A stretch of 64,000 nt of DNA, from NCBI GenBank assembly GCA_963716255.1, contig OY970303.1, positions 6,816,001-6,880,000 of the forward strand, written 5' to 3'. Both the position numbers and the translations under genes were made by a program. The notes beneath the pieces were generated by a model. That model was not told the DNA's origin. It saw only the letters and a program-made list of their open reading frames with translations, and did not search any database. The DNA is from an uncultured Gemmatimonadales bacterium (lineage in GTDB: Bacteria > Gemmatimonadota > Gemmatimonadetes > Longimicrobiales > Longimicrobiaceae). Below are positions 54,567-64,000 of this stretch, one piece after another; the stretch's first letter is position 1; every line of letters starts with the position of its first letter.

Positions 54567-55817
54567 TCAGGAGAGGCGGAAGGAGGCGAAGACCGGGAGG
54601 TGGTCGCTGATCAGGCGTCCGCCCACCAGCGCCCCCTTCACGTTGATCGGGGAGCCGGAAAAGGCGCCCGAATACCCCAGCTGCTTTGCGAAGTCCACCG
54701 CGAAGGTCTTGTACTGCCCCGCGGCGAACCCCTTCTTGTCCAGCTCGGCGTAGTAGTCCACGCTCTCCCACAGCTTCAGCGTGCGGTTCTGCACGGCGTT
54801 CGGCACGTCCACCACCCGCGGCCCGGAGAGGGTGGCCGGCGACAGGGCGGCGGGGCTGTTGCGGAGGAAGTGGTTGTCGTAGCCGTTGACCGCCAGGTCC
54901 TCGGTGTCCTTCATGGTGCGCGAGTAGCCGTAGTACGTGGTGAGGTGCGTTCCCACGTCCACGGCCCCGCCGGCGCCCAGCCGCGGATAGGTGCTCCCCA
55001 CGATGGGCTGGTAGAGCGGCGCCTCGGCCGGGTCCAGCCAGTTCAGGTTGAAGTCGCCGGTGAGGATCCACCCGGGGACGGCCATGTCCTGGGCCCCGCC
55101 GCCCAGGTTCACCTTTACCTTCAGCGGGGTGGTGGGCACCCGCCCCGTGGGGTCGGCGGGGCCCACGCCCTGGAAGAGCGAGAAGGTGTCCAGGTTGCGG
55201 ACCTGCCGCTGCGCCACGTTGTGGTTGGCCGCGAAGTGGCAGGCCACCAGGGGCAGGAGCCGGCTGGGCCCGGTCGCGCCCGGCACCCAGAACAGCCCCA
55301 GCGAGGGAAGGCGCACCCCCGGCCAGTCGGGGATCCCCAGCCTGCGCCCGCGCAGCGAGTACGCGGGGAAGTCGGGCGACAGCAGGGGCGCCACGCCGTC
55401 CACCAGCTCGGGCTTGCTCGGGTTCAGGATGGCGGGAAGGAAGAGCACGTCCTTCCAGGCGAACCCGTCCTTGCCGATGATCCCCGCGCGCCGGTTGGTG
55501 CCCGTGAGGGTGGGAACCAGCGGGATGGTGGCGGAGCTGTCCTTGAGGAAGTAGGCGTAGTACTCCACCCCCGTGTTGGGCGACCGCATGCACACGCGGT
55601 ACTTGCCGCCGCTCTGCTTGAACAGCGCCGCCGCCATCCGCTCCAGCAGGTACTCGGCGGTGGCGTTCAGCGTGGTGTTCACCTCCAGCATCACGAAGAT
55701 GTCGGGCTGGTACGAGTTCACCGTCTTCGCGATGGCGGTGACCACGTCGTCCAGCGACGCCTTGAGCTTCCCGTAGTTCTGGATGTTCCAGGTCAGGACC
55801 GAGACGTATTTGGCCAT
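54567..55817 (-). CDS. Endonuclease/exonuclease/phosphatase (EEP, DNase I-like) family protein (416 aa)
   Basis: ATG at 55817 (MAKYVSVLTWNIQN). EEP motifs are TWN, DIFVMLE, CH, ILTGDFN, YD and ISDHLPV. The stop lies 4 nt before the next ATG. Confidence 0.88.
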   Translation of the reverse strand: MAKYVSVLTWNIQNYGKLKASLDDVVTAIAKTVNSYQPDIFVMLEVNTTLNATAEYLLERMAAALFKQSGGKYRVCMRSPNTGVEYYAYFLKDSSATIPLVPTLTGTNRRAGIIGKDGFAWKDVLFLPAILNPSKPELVDGVAPLLSPDFPAYSLRGRRLGIPDWPGVRLPSLGLFWVPGATGPSRLLPLVACHFAANHNVAQRQVRNLDTFSLFQGVGPADPTGRVPTTPLKVKVNLGGGAQDMAVPGWILTGDFNLNWLDPAEAPLYQPIVGSTYPRLGAGGAVDVGTHLTTYYGYSRTMKDTEDLAVNGYDNHFLRNSPAALSPATLSGPRVVDVPNAVQNRTLKLWESVDYYAELDKKGFAAGQYKTFAVDFAKQLGYSGAFSGSPINVKGALVGGRLISDHLPVFASFRLS

Positions 55818-55963
55818 TCCGCCGCGGGATGTGAGCGGTGACGGAGCAGGGAGCGGGTCGTCTGGGATTGAAGCCGCGACGCAGGTTCGGTCGCGGGACG
55901 CGGGAGGGCGGCTGGGGGCTGCTGTGACGGGTCCGCCGTTCCGTTTCCGGTGGTGCCGGCGGC

Positions 55964-55992
55964 AACATACTCCGCGCCTGAAATGGGCGCAA
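55964..55992 (-). promoter_or_regulatory. Putative sigma70-type promoter of the 8-gene operon
   Basis: Minus strand reads TTGCGC-N17-TATGTT, preceded by an A/T-rich tract (ATTTTTCC), about 150 nt upstream of the EEP gene in otherwise very GC-rich DNA. Confidence 0.55.
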
Positions 55993-56071
55993 GGAAAAAT
56001 CTGTCGTATTCGGGGCCGTCGTGCTGGGGAGCCGGGGATCGCCTGCGGACAGGGGCGGATGGCGGCTCGCG

Positions 56072-56551
56072 TCAGGCGAACAGCAGCCGGTCGTCGAAGC
56101 CGAACGGGATCTGCTCGGCGATCCGGACGCGGACGGAATCCGGGTGCGCGGGGGAAAGGAGAACGTTTGCCTCGGCCGGTGCGACGGCTCCCGGGAGCAG
56201 GGCGGAGGGCAGCAGCAGCAGGGCCGAGGACGCGGCGTTCACCCACTCGGCGCCGAACGCCTGGTTCCTGCCCTCCGCGGCCGCGGTACGCCACCCGTCC
56301 GGGAGGCCGGCCCCGGTCGGGACGGGAACGTCCAGCCCATCCGCCTCTATGCGCAGGGCGACCAGGTCGTCCGGCACCAGGTCGGGATCCGTGTGGGCGA
56401 GACTTTCCAGGGCCGCGAGTGCAAGGGTGGTGGAGGTGTACACCATGGCGGTTCCGACGGGGTTCCACCTGCCTCCATACAGCCGCGCCCCCTCGCCTTC
56501 CAGGTCCGCGTAGGGGGCGCGGCAAACGCGCCAGAGGACGGAAACGATCAC
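56072..56551 (-). CDS. RES-domain toxin (159 aa)
   Basis: GEGARLYGGRWN, VYTS..LALAALESLAH and LLLPSALLP..EANVLLSPAHPD motifs are present. The GTG start overlaps the antitoxin TGA. Confidence 0.9.
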   Translation of the reverse strand: MIVSVLWRVCRAPYADLEGEGARLYGGRWNPVGTAMVYTSTTLALAALESLAHTDPDLVPDDLVALRIEADGLDVPVPTGAGLPDGWRTAAAEGRNQAFGAEWVNAASSALLLLPSALLPGAVAPAEANVLLSPAHPDSVRVRIAEQIPFGFDDRLLFA

Positions 56552-56973
56552 GCGTACACCCCGTGGGCCAACCGGCCCAGCGCGCGCTCCACCAGCAGGC
56601 TGCCCGAGGAACGCCGCACCAGCTCCAGCGGGGTCCTGCCGCCGAGGCTCCGGTTCGGACGGAGCATCCAGGCGCGCGCCTTCTCAGGATTCCCGAGGGT
56701 CTCTTCGGCCAGCCGGAAGATGCGCGCGAGGCGGGCGAGACGATCGGACTGGTCCGATGAGAGCCGTGAGCGCTGCTTGCTCGCGATCAGGGTGCGCTTG
56801 GGGATCAGCGACGACATCTCGGTGGTGCCGATTTCCATTCGCTTCATCAGGGCTTCGACGCTGCGGGCCGGAAGTCCTTCCTCGACGATGCTGTCGAAGT
56901 CGAGTTCACTCTCGATCTCGCGACCGAGGACCCGGGTGCCGCCGAGCATCTCGGCGATGTCCAGAACCGTCAT
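56548..56973 (-). CDS. Xre/MbcA/ParS-type antitoxin (141 aa)
   Basis: GGAGG RBS precedes ATG at 56973. The protein has an N-terminal HTH-like region (IPKRTL), LSSDQSDRLARLARIF, and the C-terminal WMLRPNRSLGGRTPLEL..G..LV..LGRLAHGVY pattern. Confidence 0.9.
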   Translation of the reverse strand: MTVLDIAEMLGGTRVLGREIESELDFDSIVEEGLPARSVEALMKRMEIGTTEMSSLIPKRTLIASKQRSRLSSDQSDRLARLARIFRLAEETLGNPEKARAWMLRPNRSLGGRTPLELVRRSSGSLLVERALGRLAHGVYA

Positions 56974-56999
56974 GGCTGCCTCCGGTGCAGGTGTGCATC

Positions 57000-57029
57000 C
57001 AATTTGACGCAGGGTTGCGTTCGGCACAA
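57000..57029 (-). promoter_or_regulatory. Putative TA promoter with an inverted-repeat operator
   Basis: Minus strand reads TTGTGC-N17-CAAATT, with ACGCA-N4-TGCGT (57007-57020) inside the spacer. Confidence 0.35.
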
Positions 57030-57128
57030 GCGCCTGGTGCCGTGCTCCCGTCGCCAACCCGTGCAACGGGGGGAGCACCGGGCGCGGATCCGGCCCGTGC
57101 GCCGTATGCCGGGCACGGCCGCGTCCGG

Positions 57129-57158
57129 TTGACTCGCTCGCGGGCGGCGTCCTAAGAT
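57129..57158 (+). promoter_or_regulatory. Putative sigma70-type promoter of the second NRPS
   Basis: TTGACT-N18-TAAGAT lies about 85 nt upstream of ATG 57243. Confidence 0.55.
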
Positions 57159-57242
57159 TGACGGGAACCATATGGTTGTCCGCTCCTCCGGCGGCCGGCC
57201 GCGCTTCGTCACAACCGGATCGTCCCCCACGCCCCCATCCTC

Positions 57243-64000
<6,758 letters not shown>

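Overview
Very GC-rich bacterial DNA. The gene style suggests Gemmatimonadota (Longimicrobiaceae-like), which is inference only. There are four blocks. (1) <1-39613 (+): the 3' part of a giant NRPS/PKS assembly line in three genes, with at least 11 NRPS modules, one N-methyltransferase, one non-reducing KS-AT-ACP module between a Gly-type and a Pro-type module, and a terminal thioesterase. No epimerase is visible. Several kb-scale internal duplications and two in-frame palindromic REP-like insertions are present. (2) 55817->39666 (-): a tightly coupled, apparently uncharacterised eight-gene operon of about 16 kb with its own sigma70-like promoter. It encodes an EEP-family nuclease/phosphatase, a 1482-aa DUF6603-type beta-rich protein, three conserved hypothetical proteins (the largest split by a 1-nt homopolymer frameshift), two paralogous proteins ending in phage tail-collar/His-x-His fibre domains, and an APH-like kinase. 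It has no sheath, tube, capsid or integrase genes. This is the best candidate for an undescribed system. (3) 56973->56072 (-): an Xre/MbcA-type antitoxin and RES toxin pair. (4) 57243->64000 (+): the start of a second NRPS (A-T-C-A-MT-T-C...) that is missing from the ORF track. All family assignments come from motif recognition by eye; no database searches were run.
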